Part shown: positions 1 through 9,222 of the stretch, piece by piece
How positions within the stretch are numbered: position 1 is the first letter of the stretch
Layout of the letters: each line of letters starts with the position of its first letter
Assembly (NCBI GenBank): GCA_030643485.1
Contig: DAOWLG010000001.1
Coordinates: forward strand, 1 to 37,591
DNA length: 37,591 bases
Source of the DNA: Candidatus Nealsonbacteria bacterium
Lineage (GTDB): Bacteria; Patescibacteriota; Minisyncoccia; Minisyncoccales; JAGMDC01
Direction of reading: 5' to 3'
The notes under the pieces: model-generated
Database searches by the model: none
What the model saw: the letters and a program-made list of their open reading frames with translations, nothing else
Told to the model about the DNA's origin: nothing
Translations under genes and position numbers: made by a program

Positions 1-141
1 AAGGTAAAGCAAAAAAAAAGGGCTGTTTAAACTCGTTTTGAGCTCTTTAAAAATTAGAAAGGTAGAATTACCTCCACTTTATTTTTCTTTGGCTTATTTC
101 GGTATATGGGATAGCCAAGCCGCTCCGCGGCTTGCGTTCTG
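1..141 (+). repeat. Terminal direct repeat, left copy (circular assembly overlap)
   Basis: Identical to 37451-37591. Confidence 0.97.
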
Positions 142-143
142 TT

Positions 144-695
144 CTAATAGCGAAGTGTGTGTATAGAATGGTTTCCTTTCCATTCAATACAATACGAAAA
201 TTGATCAAAATACCCCAAAAATCCATTATTTTTATTTAAAATTTGCCAAGAAAAAATATCTGATGTAAAAGTTTTTAAAATCGATCGGAGACCAAAATGT
301 AAATGCGCTCCTGTCGAAAATCCACTATTGCCGCTCCACCCTATACAATCCCCCATTTTCACAAAAATTCCTGAAAGATACCGCGCGCGACTTAAATGTG
401 CCAAACATGCTTCCAGTTTTCTTTCCGGTGAGCGTAGCTTGATATACAATCCATATCCTTTTTTTCCTTCATTTTTAACTTTCAAAAATCCTGAAAATGG
501 AGCAAAAACTGGCGTTCCTGTCGGAACTCCATAATCTAGCCCGTTGTGTCCTCGCATTCCCCATTGTCGATATATATCAATATTTTTGATATACAATTTT
601 TTCCCAAAAAGTTGTGATATTATTTTTCTTGATCTTTTTTGGAACCAGTCAGAATTTTTTAGAATTGCAAAATTTTGAATCGGTGAAATTATCAT
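144..695 (-). CDS. M23 family zinc peptidase, probable endolysin
   Basis: HNGLDY (HxxxD), AHLS and GNSGFSTGAHLHF (HxH) motifs; last gene of the late operon. Confidence 0.9.
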   Translation of the reverse strand: MIISPIQNFAILKNSDWFQKRSRKIISQLFGKKLYIKNIDIYRQWGMRGHNGLDYGVPTGTPVFAPFSGFLKVKNEGKKGYGLYIKLRSPERKLEACLAHLSRARYLSGIFVKMGDCIGWSGNSGFSTGAHLHFGLRSILKTFTSDIFSWQILNKNNGFLGYFDQFSYCIEWKGNHSIHTLRY

Positions 696-754
696 TTTTT
701 TAAAATTAATTTTTTCCTAGATTGATTATAAAACGTTTTTTTAAAAAAGTAAAA

Positions 755-935
755 AGGTAGGAAAGTAAGAAAGTAAGAAAGTAAGAAAAATGGAGAAGTA
801 AGAAAGTAAGAAAAATGGAGAAGTAAGAAAAATGGAGATTTCTAAATTTCCTACTTTTCAAAAAAAAGTGGGAAAATTCAAAATTTTTTCCCACTTTTTA
901 GGATTTTTTCCTACTTTTTAGGATTTTTTCCCACT
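755..935. repeat. Iteron-like cluster of AAGTRRGAAA direct and inverted repeats
   Basis: AAGTAAGAAAAATGGAG at 779, 804 and 821; 8-bp period AAGTAAGA at 763-788; inverted TTTTCC(C/T)ACT copies at 20-bp period over 884-935. Confidence 0.85.
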
Positions 936-1221
936 AAATTGGAAAAAATTTGATTATTTCGCGATTTAAGTTAATTTAAAAAAGCGGGGTATAAATATAC
1001 CAACATTTTTTTGAGACGCTTAAAACGATTTTTTGCATAGATTTAAGCGAATTTGCATAGATTTAGTTTTTATTTTTCCTCAAAAAAAGGTTAAAAATGT
1101 GAAGTTAAAGCCATTTTTGAAAATTAGGCGTTTAAAATTTAGCCAGGGGTATTTGTTCCTGGTGAATTTTTAAATCGCTTAAATCGAAGGAGAATGAAAC
1201 CAAAAATCCAAAATTGTTAAA

Positions 1222-4200
1222 TTATTCTGTTTTTTTTGCCAATTCTAAAATCTGGTTCCAGATTTCTTTTGTTATTATTCCTTTTTTTTTAAAATCCTCA
1301 AATTTGGTTTGTTTCTCTTTTTTTGGCAAATCTTTAAAAATTTCGTAGATTCGCTTGGCGCGCGTTTTGTTGTATATAGGAAGCCCTTTGATTCTCATTT
1401 CGGAGTACGACATTTTTTTTTCTTCTTTTTCTTCCACCTCTTTTATTTTTTCATACAAATTTTCGTCTTTTTCCTTTATTTTTTCCATTTCTCTTTCTTT
1501 GTAAAATTCGGGAAATTCGGAAAGTTTGGCAAAAATCTTTTTTGCTCTGTCTTTTTCTCTTTTTGCGGTTGACAGGCTTTTTCTTTCGTATTTTTCGGTT
1601 TCTTCAATTTCCAATCTTTCAGTTTTTCCTCCATACGCTTTTGTGAATCTACGCATTATGCTTTCAGCCAGACCTCGACCGCCCAAATGGTCGTCTGGAA
1701 TCGCGCCTAGTTCGGCTAGGAGAGTATCAGCGGCGCGCAATCCCAACAATCCCACCTCACCGAAAGTTTGTTTTAATAAATGCTCAACTTTGACGGGAGC
1801 AACCCCTTTTTCCCCCAGAATCACAGCAATTTTTTTTGCTGTTTCTGATGTAGATTTATAACTTTGAAGTTCTGGATCAAGTTTTTCCTTATATTCGGAA
1901 AGCAATTTTTTTTCACGGAAAAAATCGTAGCCCGCCAGACTTTCCACAGAAGGTTTGATTATTTGTGGGATCAAAGCAGATCCCAGGGAGGAGGTTGTCG
2001 CCTCTAGAGGCGATACAGCGCCGATGAAGGAGCTGGCAATTTCTTTCATCGTGAGTGGATGGAGTCCATACCCTTCTTCGATCCCTCTTCGAACGGGAAA
2101 AGTAAGGCTATTTAGGCCTTGAGGAATTGGAATTTTTAAAATATTCCATTTTCCATTTTCGTCTTTTTGGGGGTTCGGAGGAACGATTATTATATTATTT
2201 TCTTTTTCCCATTCTTCGATATCTTCATAGGCTATTTTACGTAGCGGGTCTTTAAGATTCCACATTGTAGCTATAGCAAGCGGAGTATATAGAGAAGTTA
2301 GTATTTTTAAGGATGTTATTTTTGGCTTGTTTTTTAAATTTCTGGCCAAAGTTCTACCCCCCTGGATTCCAGCGTTGAGATAAAGCCACCCGCCGTTTAT
2401 TACAGTCCCCCACTCCCCGCGCCGGTAAAAATTCACGGTTACTTCTCTGGCGGCTCTGGCAGCCAAAATATTCGCGTCTTTAAGTGTCCGCCCCTGGCTC
2501 AATAGCATTTTTTTTGTTACATTGAATTGATTAACGCGCGTTGCTTCTTCAGTGAAACCTATTACGTTCTCGACAGTGCTCAGCCATTCTTTAGGGGTAG
2601 TTATTTTATGTTTTATTTTACTCAACAAGTTTTTTTCAGCTCTTATACTTTCGACAGTTTTTCGGCCGACATTTCTGGAAGTATCAAAAAACGTCCCGCC
2701 GCCGCCGTGTCGTACCATATCACGATACAAGTCATTTTTTTGAAAAGTCGCAAAAATTGATTCGACATAATTCACGGGGTTGATTGTTCGCATAGTCGCG
2801 TCAGAAAAAGCAATGGCCGTGAATTGATCTTTCACAAAATTGGCCATAGCAAAAGCGGGGTTGATTCCCGTTATTCCAAGTTTTGCGATACGTACGGGGA
2901 GCGTCAAAACTCGTCCTATCACGCCGAATTGCTGAATTTTGAGCACTTTAACGACTCTAGCTATATCAGGGTCAATACCCCAAATCTCTTTAAATCCTTG
3001 GTTAAGGAAGTTCATAGTAGATTTTTGACCTGCTTTGGTATCCGAAAAAGCTAGGGCTTTATCATATTTTGCTCGTCTGGCCTGATTCAAAATTTCGAGT
3101 TCCAGGCTGGTTTTTTCGAGAGAATCGAGGAAAGGCGCCAGTTTTTCATTTTTAGCTACCAGTTGTTTTTTTAGTTTTAGAAAATCTTTAGACTGAAGGA
3201 ACTCATCCAAGAATTTTATTTTTAGGTCATCTTGGGACAGGCTCACACTTAGAGGGTCAAAGTCTTTAGTTTTGGCTATAGTTTCAGACTCTTTATACTT
3301 CTTTTTCAGGAGTTTTTTCCCTTCATATTTTATATTAGAGAGTTCTTTATTGAGGATATTAATTTCTTTTTTAGATTTTTTAACTATTTTCAGCAAATCA
3401 TTTTTGATTTTTTTGGATTCTTTCAGGTCTGAAAAAATAGAAATTCGTTTATCATAATCGGATTTAGTCCGCAACGGCTCAAGCTTGAACGGATTATTAG
3501 GCAAGTTTTTATAGGCATTTATCATTTTAGCGGCCTTATTTTTTTCGCCTTGAACAAAGGCCGCAAGAGTTTTTTCTATCAATGATCCCGTAGGACTCTC
3601 TATTTCTCTTTTCGATCCTACAAGTTTTTGTACGATATTTTGTTTTGATAAAGAGGCAACAGATTTTCCGCCAAAAAACTTCCCGCTTTTTTCCAACTCA
3701 TTAAAAATCCTATTCATAGGGATATAATTTGGGTATATCTCTTTCAACTTTTTAGCCAAATCTGCATCTATAAGATCAGATTCAACACAATAATCCAGCA
3801 AATGGTGGGAAAATTCAGTTACGGCTTTGGCTGATTCTTCGTATTTATTACCAACCGCGGCCAAAAGTAGTTTATCTTTTTCTATATTTCGACCCGTTTC
3901 AAATCCCTTAATATTCAAGTCAATAGCTTGTCTGGCCACAAGATAGTCGTCAAAATGATCGATATTATCAACGGTTTGAAGTACGCGAGGTAATTTACTC
4001 CTCTGAATAAATTCATCGGCCAAAGCGGGAGCACGATAAACCATATCTATCTGATCATGGATATTCGCGCTAGGCAATAGGGAATATTGGTATTTTTTAG
4101 CGTGGGTAGCGAGCCGATCATCAAGACGCGCGTTTGCGTCCACAAATACGGTTTTAAGTTCTTCTACTACGTTTTGGATTCTTCCTATATCTCCTTTATC

Positions 4201-5556
4201 GGCTTTTCTGGCGGCCTCTCTTTTTTTAAAATTTTCATTCATATATGCGATTGGGTCGAACTTTTTTCCTTCGTACACAATCAAAGCTTTTTCTTCTTCT
4301 CCCAAAGCCTTAAATTCGGCCAATCGACCTTCTTTAAATATACTTTCTCCATATTTTTCTTTCAAAAAAATAATTCCTTGTTCCCTAAAAATCCTATTGA
4401 AATCGGAATAAGAAATAGAATCAGGCGTGATATTTTCGACAGATTTAAAAATTATTTTTTTTTCGTTTTTGGTTAAATACCGATTAATTTGTTTACCAAA
4501 AACACTTTCAAAAACAAAATTGCCAGCCATTCCTGCAATTAAATTATTTATACCATACTCCTGTCCGGATATTTTACGTATTCCATATTCGGCCAATTCT
4601 TCATTCATTGGAAGCATACCAAATCTAAAAATTTTTGGATAAGTGTTTGCAAAACTGGTGGCTGTTTTACTCAAGAGAGTAACGCTTTTTATCATTTGTG
4701 CGCCTATAGAGTAGGCGGGGATACTCCCTACAACTTCACTAACAAAATCAATTATTCTAGCTTCGGTGGGACTTAATCTTTCGCCGTAATCAGGAATTTT
4801 TAAAATATCTTTGCCTGCTTGAACTTCATAGACAAATTTATCGCCTGCAACTCCTAGAGTTATCCCACGTTTTAAGCCTTCGGAAAACCTATTAATCCGT
4901 TCATCCCAAGCTGTTATTTTTTTGCCTGTTATTTTTCCTAAAGATTCAGTTAGACACGTTTCTGCTTTTTTAAGAAAAGTTTGAATATAAGACGTTTGCT
5001 GTTGTTTTTTAATTTTTTCTCTTATTTCGGGGGATTTTATTATTTCTTCAATTTGTTTTTCTTCTGGAAGACGCAAATTTTCGGAGAAATTTTTATTTCT
5101 TTTACTTCTAAGAAAAGCAGACGGATTTTTTTGAAAAGTATCTATATCGACAAACCCCCATTTTTTAGAAAGTTCTTTTTTTGCCATTTCTCGCGAAATT
5201 TGACGATAGGTCTCTTCATCCTGTTTTTTTATTTTTATTGCCTCATTTTCAGGAAGCTGTTGGATTGTTTCAAATTTATCAATTTTTTTGTCTGGCTCAA
5301 AAGGTGTAAGAATAAGAGTTTGCCCATCACCAGTCATAGCCTCATCACCAAACAGATCATGAACGGATATATCAGTATCCCATTTTGGCGTATTATCGCC
5401 AAAAATTACTTTATTTTCGTCTTCCGATAATCCGAATAAATCACCTTCTATTAATTCAACCCCGCCTTGTTCATCTTGTTCTTTCAGGAATTCTGTACCT
5501 ATTTTAATCCCTTTTTTGGCTTTCCTAGCTAATTCTGTGAAGTTTGAAAATGGCAT
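1222..5556 (-). CDS. Large virion/ejection-type protein with C-terminal LPD38-like (large polyvalent protein) region, 1444 aa
   Basis: NPAFAMANFVKD, EEATR, AREVTVNFYRRG, YLNAGIQG, EWEKENNIII and LKIPIPQG motifs typical of LPD38-containing phage proteins; position at the end of the tail module. Confidence 0.75.
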   Translation of the reverse strand: MPFSNFTELARKAKKGIKIGTEFLKEQDEQGGVELIEGDLFGLSEDENKVIFGDNTPKWDTDISVHDLFGDEAMTGDGQTLILTPFEPDKKIDKFETIQQLPENEAIKIKKQDEETYRQISREMAKKELSKKWGFVDIDTFQKNPSAFLRSKRNKNFSENLRLPEEKQIEEIIKSPEIREKIKKQQQTSYIQTFLKKAETCLTESLGKITGKKITAWDERINRFSEGLKRGITLGVAGDKFVYEVQAGKDILKIPDYGERLSPTEARIIDFVSEVVGSIPAYSIGAQMIKSVTLLSKTATSFANTYPKIFRFGMLPMNEELAEYGIRKISGQEYGINNLIAGMAGNFVFESVFGKQINRYLTKNEKKIIFKSVENITPDSISYSDFNRIFREQGIIFLKEKYGESIFKEGRLAEFKALGEEEKALIVYEGKKFDPIAYMNENFKKREAARKADKGDIGRIQNVVEELKTVFVDANARLDDRLATHAKKYQYSLLPSANIHDQIDMVYRAPALADEFIQRSKLPRVLQTVDNIDHFDDYLVARQAIDLNIKGFETGRNIEKDKLLLAAVGNKYEESAKAVTEFSHHLLDYCVESDLIDADLAKKLKEIYPNYIPMNRIFNELEKSGKFFGGKSVASLSKQNIVQKLVGSKREIESPTGSLIEKTLAAFVQGEKNKAAKMINAYKNLPNNPFKLEPLRTKSDYDKRISIFSDLKESKKIKNDLLKIVKKSKKEINILNKELSNIKYEGKKLLKKKYKESETIAKTKDFDPLSVSLSQDDLKIKFLDEFLQSKDFLKLKKQLVAKNEKLAPFLDSLEKTSLELEILNQARRAKYDKALAFSDTKAGQKSTMNFLNQGFKEIWGIDPDIARVVKVLKIQQFGVIGRVLTLPVRIAKLGITGINPAFAMANFVKDQFTAIAFSDATMRTINPVNYVESIFATFQKNDLYRDMVRHGGGGTFFDTSRNVGRKTVESIRAEKNLLSKIKHKITTPKEWLSTVENVIGFTEEATRVNQFNVTKKMLLSQGRTLKDANILAARAAREVTVNFYRRGEWGTVINGGWLYLNAGIQGGRTLARNLKNKPKITSLKILTSLYTPLAIATMWNLKDPLRKIAYEDIEEWEKENNIIIVPPNPQKDENGKWNILKIPIPQGLNSLTFPVRRGIEEGYGLHPLTMKEIASSFIGAVSPLEATTSSLGSALIPQIIKPSVESLAGYDFFREKKLLSEYKEKLDPELQSYKSTSETAKKIAVILGEKGVAPVKVEHLLKQTFGEVGLLGLRAADTLLAELGAIPDDHLGGRGLAESIMRRFTKAYGGKTERLEIEETEKYERKSLSTAKREKDRAKKIFAKLSEFPEFYKEREMEKIKEKDENLYEKIKEVEEKEEKKMSYSEMRIKGLPIYNKTRAKRIYEIFKDLPKKEKQTKFEDFKKKGIITKEIWNQILELAKKTE

Positions 5557-5576
5557 ACTTTTTTTTAAAAAATTGC

Positions 5577-5605
5577 TTGCTTTTATGATAAAATTAATAT
5601 ATGAT
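5577..5605 (+). promoter_or_regulatory. Candidate antisense sigma70 promoter
   Basis: TTGCTT (5577-5582), 17-bp spacer, TATGAT (5600-5605). Confidence 0.4.
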
Positions 5606-5644
5606 GTATTTGTCGGTTTTTGGGAGAAAGCCCTCTCACTTGAT

Positions 5645-5689
5645 AATAAACCTTTTTTAAACCGCCACGGTAAAGAAGGTTTATTTTTT
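5645..5689 (+). terminator. Hairpin with T tract, possibly bidirectional terminator
   Basis: AATAAACCTT...ACCG-CCA-CGGT...AAGGTTTATT followed by TTTT. Confidence 0.55.
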
Positions 5690-5697
5690 ATATATTT

Positions 5698-7698
5698 TTA
5701 GTCAAACTTGCCTAGATCTAAGCTCCATTCATCCTCTATATCTTCTATCTTTCCTACCCCTACTTTATACCCTGTATCAGCAGACCGTAGAGCCTTTTCC
5801 AGTTTTTCTTCTTCCAGTTTTTCCTTTTCCATTCTTTTTGCTATTTCTGCTTTTTCGTCTCTTGACAACCCCAAATTTCCCAAACTTGCGTCTTCATCTT
5901 TTTTAAGTCGTTTTATTGCTATTTTGATTAAATCTTCATCTACAATTTCTTGTTCTTTTTTTACGGAAGGAGAAGGAATATCAATACCCCCTTTTAGTTT
6001 GTCAGGTACAAAAAACCCGACAATACTTTTTTCTAGGCCTTTTGATAAATTCATAGGCCTAAAATCAATTTTCTGACTTATTCCATCGGAATTGGAATCA
6101 TTGATAAACATTTGGCCTTTAGCGTTTCGTCTCACAATCCCCACATGTCCATTTGTAGCGTTTGGCCCTGTTCTAATATCATAAACGGCAAGAGCTCCGT
6201 CAACAGGATTTTGAAGAAAATCATCAATAGAAACGTTAATATATTTAGTTTTGCTTTCTGTCGAATCTGCAAAGATACGTCCCATTCCCAATTTTTCAGT
6301 ATAATTGTTTCCAAAATATCCACATTCACCACCTTTTTTTCCTATACTTTTGTGTTGAAGTTCTAACCATTCTTGACCGCTTTTAGCTTCCAAACTATCC
6401 ATATTATAAATTCCATTATATCCTTTGGCTCCTGAAGTTTTTCCCATTCCCAGCTCTATAGTTTTAAGCTGAATATTTTCAGGATCATTAGGGTCTCTGG
6501 TAACGATATCCAAATATGTTTGGCCTGTGGGGTCTTGTCGAGTTTTTTGGGAGATAATATCAAATTTAACATTACGTTTTTCTGATCCCACAAACATATT
6601 TTCAACTTTAAGCGCGCCTGTTGATTTATCTCTCATCACAAAATCAATATACTTATTTCCGCCTTGGTCTGTCCTAGCATTATGTGAAAGTATATCAGTG
6701 TCGGGGTATTTACTACGAATTAATGAAAGCGAATCTAATGGCATACCAGCTTGTGTTTCAAGTTTATTTATTACAAGTTTTTGTTCATCGGTTAGATCGG
6801 AAAAAGCCAATCCGCCTTGAGTAATAAGATTATTATAAACTTGCAAATTAGCTCTGGCATTATCAATTTGACGGTCTTTTACAATATCTTCATCTTTTTT
6901 CATCATTCTTTCAGCTTGATCTTCCTGACGAAAAAGATTAATCATTTGTAAATTTCGGGAGAATTCATTTTGATATTGTCTTTGAGAAGTTTCAAAATCA
7001 GATTTGGTAAAACTCATAATCTGTTCAATCACTCCATACTTGGTTTGAAGTTGATTAACAGCGACGGTTTTTTGTCGATTTATAAAATCAAGCCTGCGTC
7101 TATAATCTTTTTCACGCTGACCTATCCTTCCAGCAATAACGCCCATACTGGCCAGCGCTCCCTCTTCTCTATCGACAATATCCCTAAATTCAGCTTTTAA
7201 AGATTCTTCATCAGATTTAATTAAATTCAATTCGTCTTCAAGCGACTCAACGCCTTTTTCTTCTCTAAGTTTTCTATATTGTTCGGCCAATGATGAAAAC
7301 TTGGGTGGCTCTAATACTTTTTGTTTTGAAATTAATTTATTAATCTTGGTTTTTGTTGGAGGCGCTGTTTTCCTTGTTTCATCTTGAAAAAACTCGGATT
7401 GTTTTTGATTAAGAAATTCGTTAGCCTCATCAATATCTGTCAATTTAGGGATAGTCCCCACGCCAGCCACGCCAGCAACTAGTTCTTTTTCAGGCAAACC
7501 AAATTTAGTATAAGTGCCTGTTTCGGCATATTCTTCTTTAGCTTTTCTGTACTCGCGAATATCAGAAAAATCTTTTGCTTGAGGCAAAGTTTCAATAAGT
7601 TCGCGATCTTTAATATTGCTGGCAATACCTCCCACAATTTCAGGTTTTTCTCCTTTCTTTAAATATCTATCGTTCTTTTTTTGTTTTAAAATTTTCAT
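5698..7698 (-). CDS. Coiled-coil virion/ejection protein with CHAP-like peptidoglycan hydrolase domain
   Basis: Long coiled coil; GGECGYF (Cys about 6322), NGHVGIV (His about 6145) and INDSN motifs. Confidence 0.75.
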   Translation of the reverse strand: MKILKQKKNDRYLKKGEKPEIVGGIASNIKDRELIETLPQAKDFSDIREYRKAKEEYAETGTYTKFGLPEKELVAGVAGVGTIPKLTDIDEANEFLNQKQSEFFQDETRKTAPPTKTKINKLISKQKVLEPPKFSSLAEQYRKLREEKGVESLEDELNLIKSDEESLKAEFRDIVDREEGALASMGVIAGRIGQREKDYRRRLDFINRQKTVAVNQLQTKYGVIEQIMSFTKSDFETSQRQYQNEFSRNLQMINLFRQEDQAERMMKKDEDIVKDRQIDNARANLQVYNNLITQGGLAFSDLTDEQKLVINKLETQAGMPLDSLSLIRSKYPDTDILSHNARTDQGGNKYIDFVMRDKSTGALKVENMFVGSEKRNVKFDIISQKTRQDPTGQTYLDIVTRDPNDPENIQLKTIELGMGKTSGAKGYNGIYNMDSLEAKSGQEWLELQHKSIGKKGGECGYFGNNYTEKLGMGRIFADSTESKTKYINVSIDDFLQNPVDGALAVYDIRTGPNATNGHVGIVRRNAKGQMFINDSNSDGISQKIDFRPMNLSKGLEKSIVGFFVPDKLKGGIDIPSPSVKKEQEIVDEDLIKIAIKRLKKDEDASLGNLGLSRDEKAEIAKRMEKEKLEEEKLEKALRSADTGYKVGVGKIEDIEDEWSLDLGKFD

Positions 7699-7942
7699 GA
7701 GAATTATTTAATAAAGTTTCAATTTTGGTTATTCTGTCGCGTAAAAATGTTATATCTTCTCTACATTTTTGAGCTTCAGTTTTATTATTATTTATTGATT
7801 TAGAGACATATTTCATTTCTTGTTTTATTAAAGATATATCAGTTTTAATTCCGTAGTATATCCCTACGGGACTGACAATAGCGGAAATCATAGCTAGAAT
7901 CAAAACGATATCTTTTAATGTGATTGATTTTTTGAGTTCCAT
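7667..7942 (-). CDS. Small protein with one TM helix plus coiled coil (holin/XhlA-like)
   Basis: IVLILAMISAIVSPVGIYYGI then heptad pattern ending DRITKIET. Confidence 0.55.
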   Translation of the reverse strand: MELKKSITLKDIVLILAMISAIVSPVGIYYGIKTDISLIKQEMKYVSKSINNNKTEAQKCREDITFLRDRITKIETLLNNSHENFKTKKER

Positions 7943-7965
7943 TTTAATTAAATCATATCTTATTT

Positions 7966-9222
7966 TTAAGCTGTTGCAACTAAAGTATTATTCCAATATA
8001 AATCATTTCCATTACGCCATAGAGCATAGTTGCCAGTAGAAGGGTTTGCTGCGTGTGTTACAGATATATAAAGATATTTTATTCCATTAATTTTTTGGCT
8101 TCCCATATTTAGAGAATCGATCAAATTGATAGCCCCGCCTGTCCCTCTTACATTATTTACGTACAAATCAGCATAAAAATAAGATTTACCTCCTGCGGCT
8201 GGTACATGAATAGCTGTATTGGCCGAAGAAATATAAAGAGCTGTCCCGCTTGCGTTAGAATGAGTAAGTGACAGGAGTTTTGCTGTCCCTGAATTCCTAA
8301 ACCATACGCTGGCGTTGTTTGTACCATTATAATTATCATCTATGCGAAGAATCGCCCCCTCTGTATATTCGTGGGCGCCTAAAACTCCGTAAAGCACACC
8401 ACCAATATAAACCTCAAATTTATTGGAGTTATTTGAAATTTGACATCTGGTAGAAGAAGCACTTGTCCTAATCAAGCCACCTGTTATTGTTCCAGCTGTT
8501 ATTGATCCTAAATCAGCTGAAATTGCCGAAATTTGTCCAACGTTCATTTTGGCGGCAGAAATTGACCCTGTGACCAATCTGCTACCGTTGATAGTTGTCT
8601 CATAGACAGCGTTCCACGAAGCTCCGTTATATCTGTACATTTTATATCCATCGTCTGTGTCATACCATATATCCCCGTTTACTGCTGAACCAGGGGCAGA
8701 TGTTTGATACCATGTTTGCACATCAGTCCAGTTATCAGGATTAGCATTAGCGGCGCCTGTCCAACTAGCCTCAAAAGTTGTTGACCCTGAAATTTTAATA
8801 TTGTCGGCATCGATCAAAATTCCCTCGGATGAAATATTGATTTGATTAATTACATCATTTTTTGAAACTCTAAGATTAATATTGTTAGCATTTACAGTTA
8901 TACTAGCTTGCAAAACATTATCAGCGTCGCTTCTATCAGTAGCCTCAATGACAATATCGGAAGCATTTTGAGTAATTTGAGTTTGTAACCCCGCGACAGT
9001 TGTATCAACAGATGTTGACGTAAAATCCCCGTTTACTCCTACTTTCCAGGGAGCGCTTGCGTAATCCTGCGCGCCAAACCACATTCCTTGTTTATCAAAA
9101 TGAAATCCTTTGCCCCCTTGCCCAGAAGAGAGAACTGTCAAATTTTTTAAAGCTTTATTATGAAAAAATTTAGCAATTCTTTCGTAAGGAATATCGGTGA
9201 AAGGGTTAACTGTTTTTTGCAT
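7966..9222 (-). CDS. Tail fibre/spike-like protein
   Basis: INQINISSEGILIDADNIKI, GDIWYDTDDGYKMYRYNG and ISAISADLGSITAGTITG motifs seen in tail proteins. Confidence 0.75.
   Translation of the reverse strand: MQKTVNPFTDIPYERIAKFFHNKALKNLTVLSSGQGGKGFHFDKQGMWFGAQDYASAPWKVGVNGDFTSTSVDTTVAGLQTQITQNASDIVIEATDRSDADNVLQASITVNANNINLRVSKNDVINQINISSEGILIDADNIKISGSTTFEASWTGAANANPDNWTDVQTWYQTSAPGSAVNGDIWYDTDDGYKMYRYNGASWNAVYETTINGSRLVTGSISAAKMNVGQISAISADLGSITAGTITGGLIRTSASSTRCQISNNSNKFEVYIGGVLYGVLGAHEYTEGAILRIDDNYNGTNNASVWFRNSGTAKLLSLTHSNASGTALYISSANTAIHVPAAGGKSYFYADLYVNNVRGTGGAINLIDSLNMGSQKINGIKYLYISVTHAANPSTGNYALWRNGNDLYWNNTLVATA

Noticed and set aside
1..141. 141-bp ends as biological terminal repeats
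   Set aside because: The length equals a common assembler maximum k-mer, so it is best read as a circular overlap; real termini need read data.
706..894. 62-aa ORF
   Set aside because: Low-complexity translation of the repeat array; no ATG start.
755..935. CRISPR array
   Set aside because: No unique spacers and units of only 8-20 bp; no cas operon. The Cas4-like nuclease is paired with a RecT-like gene.
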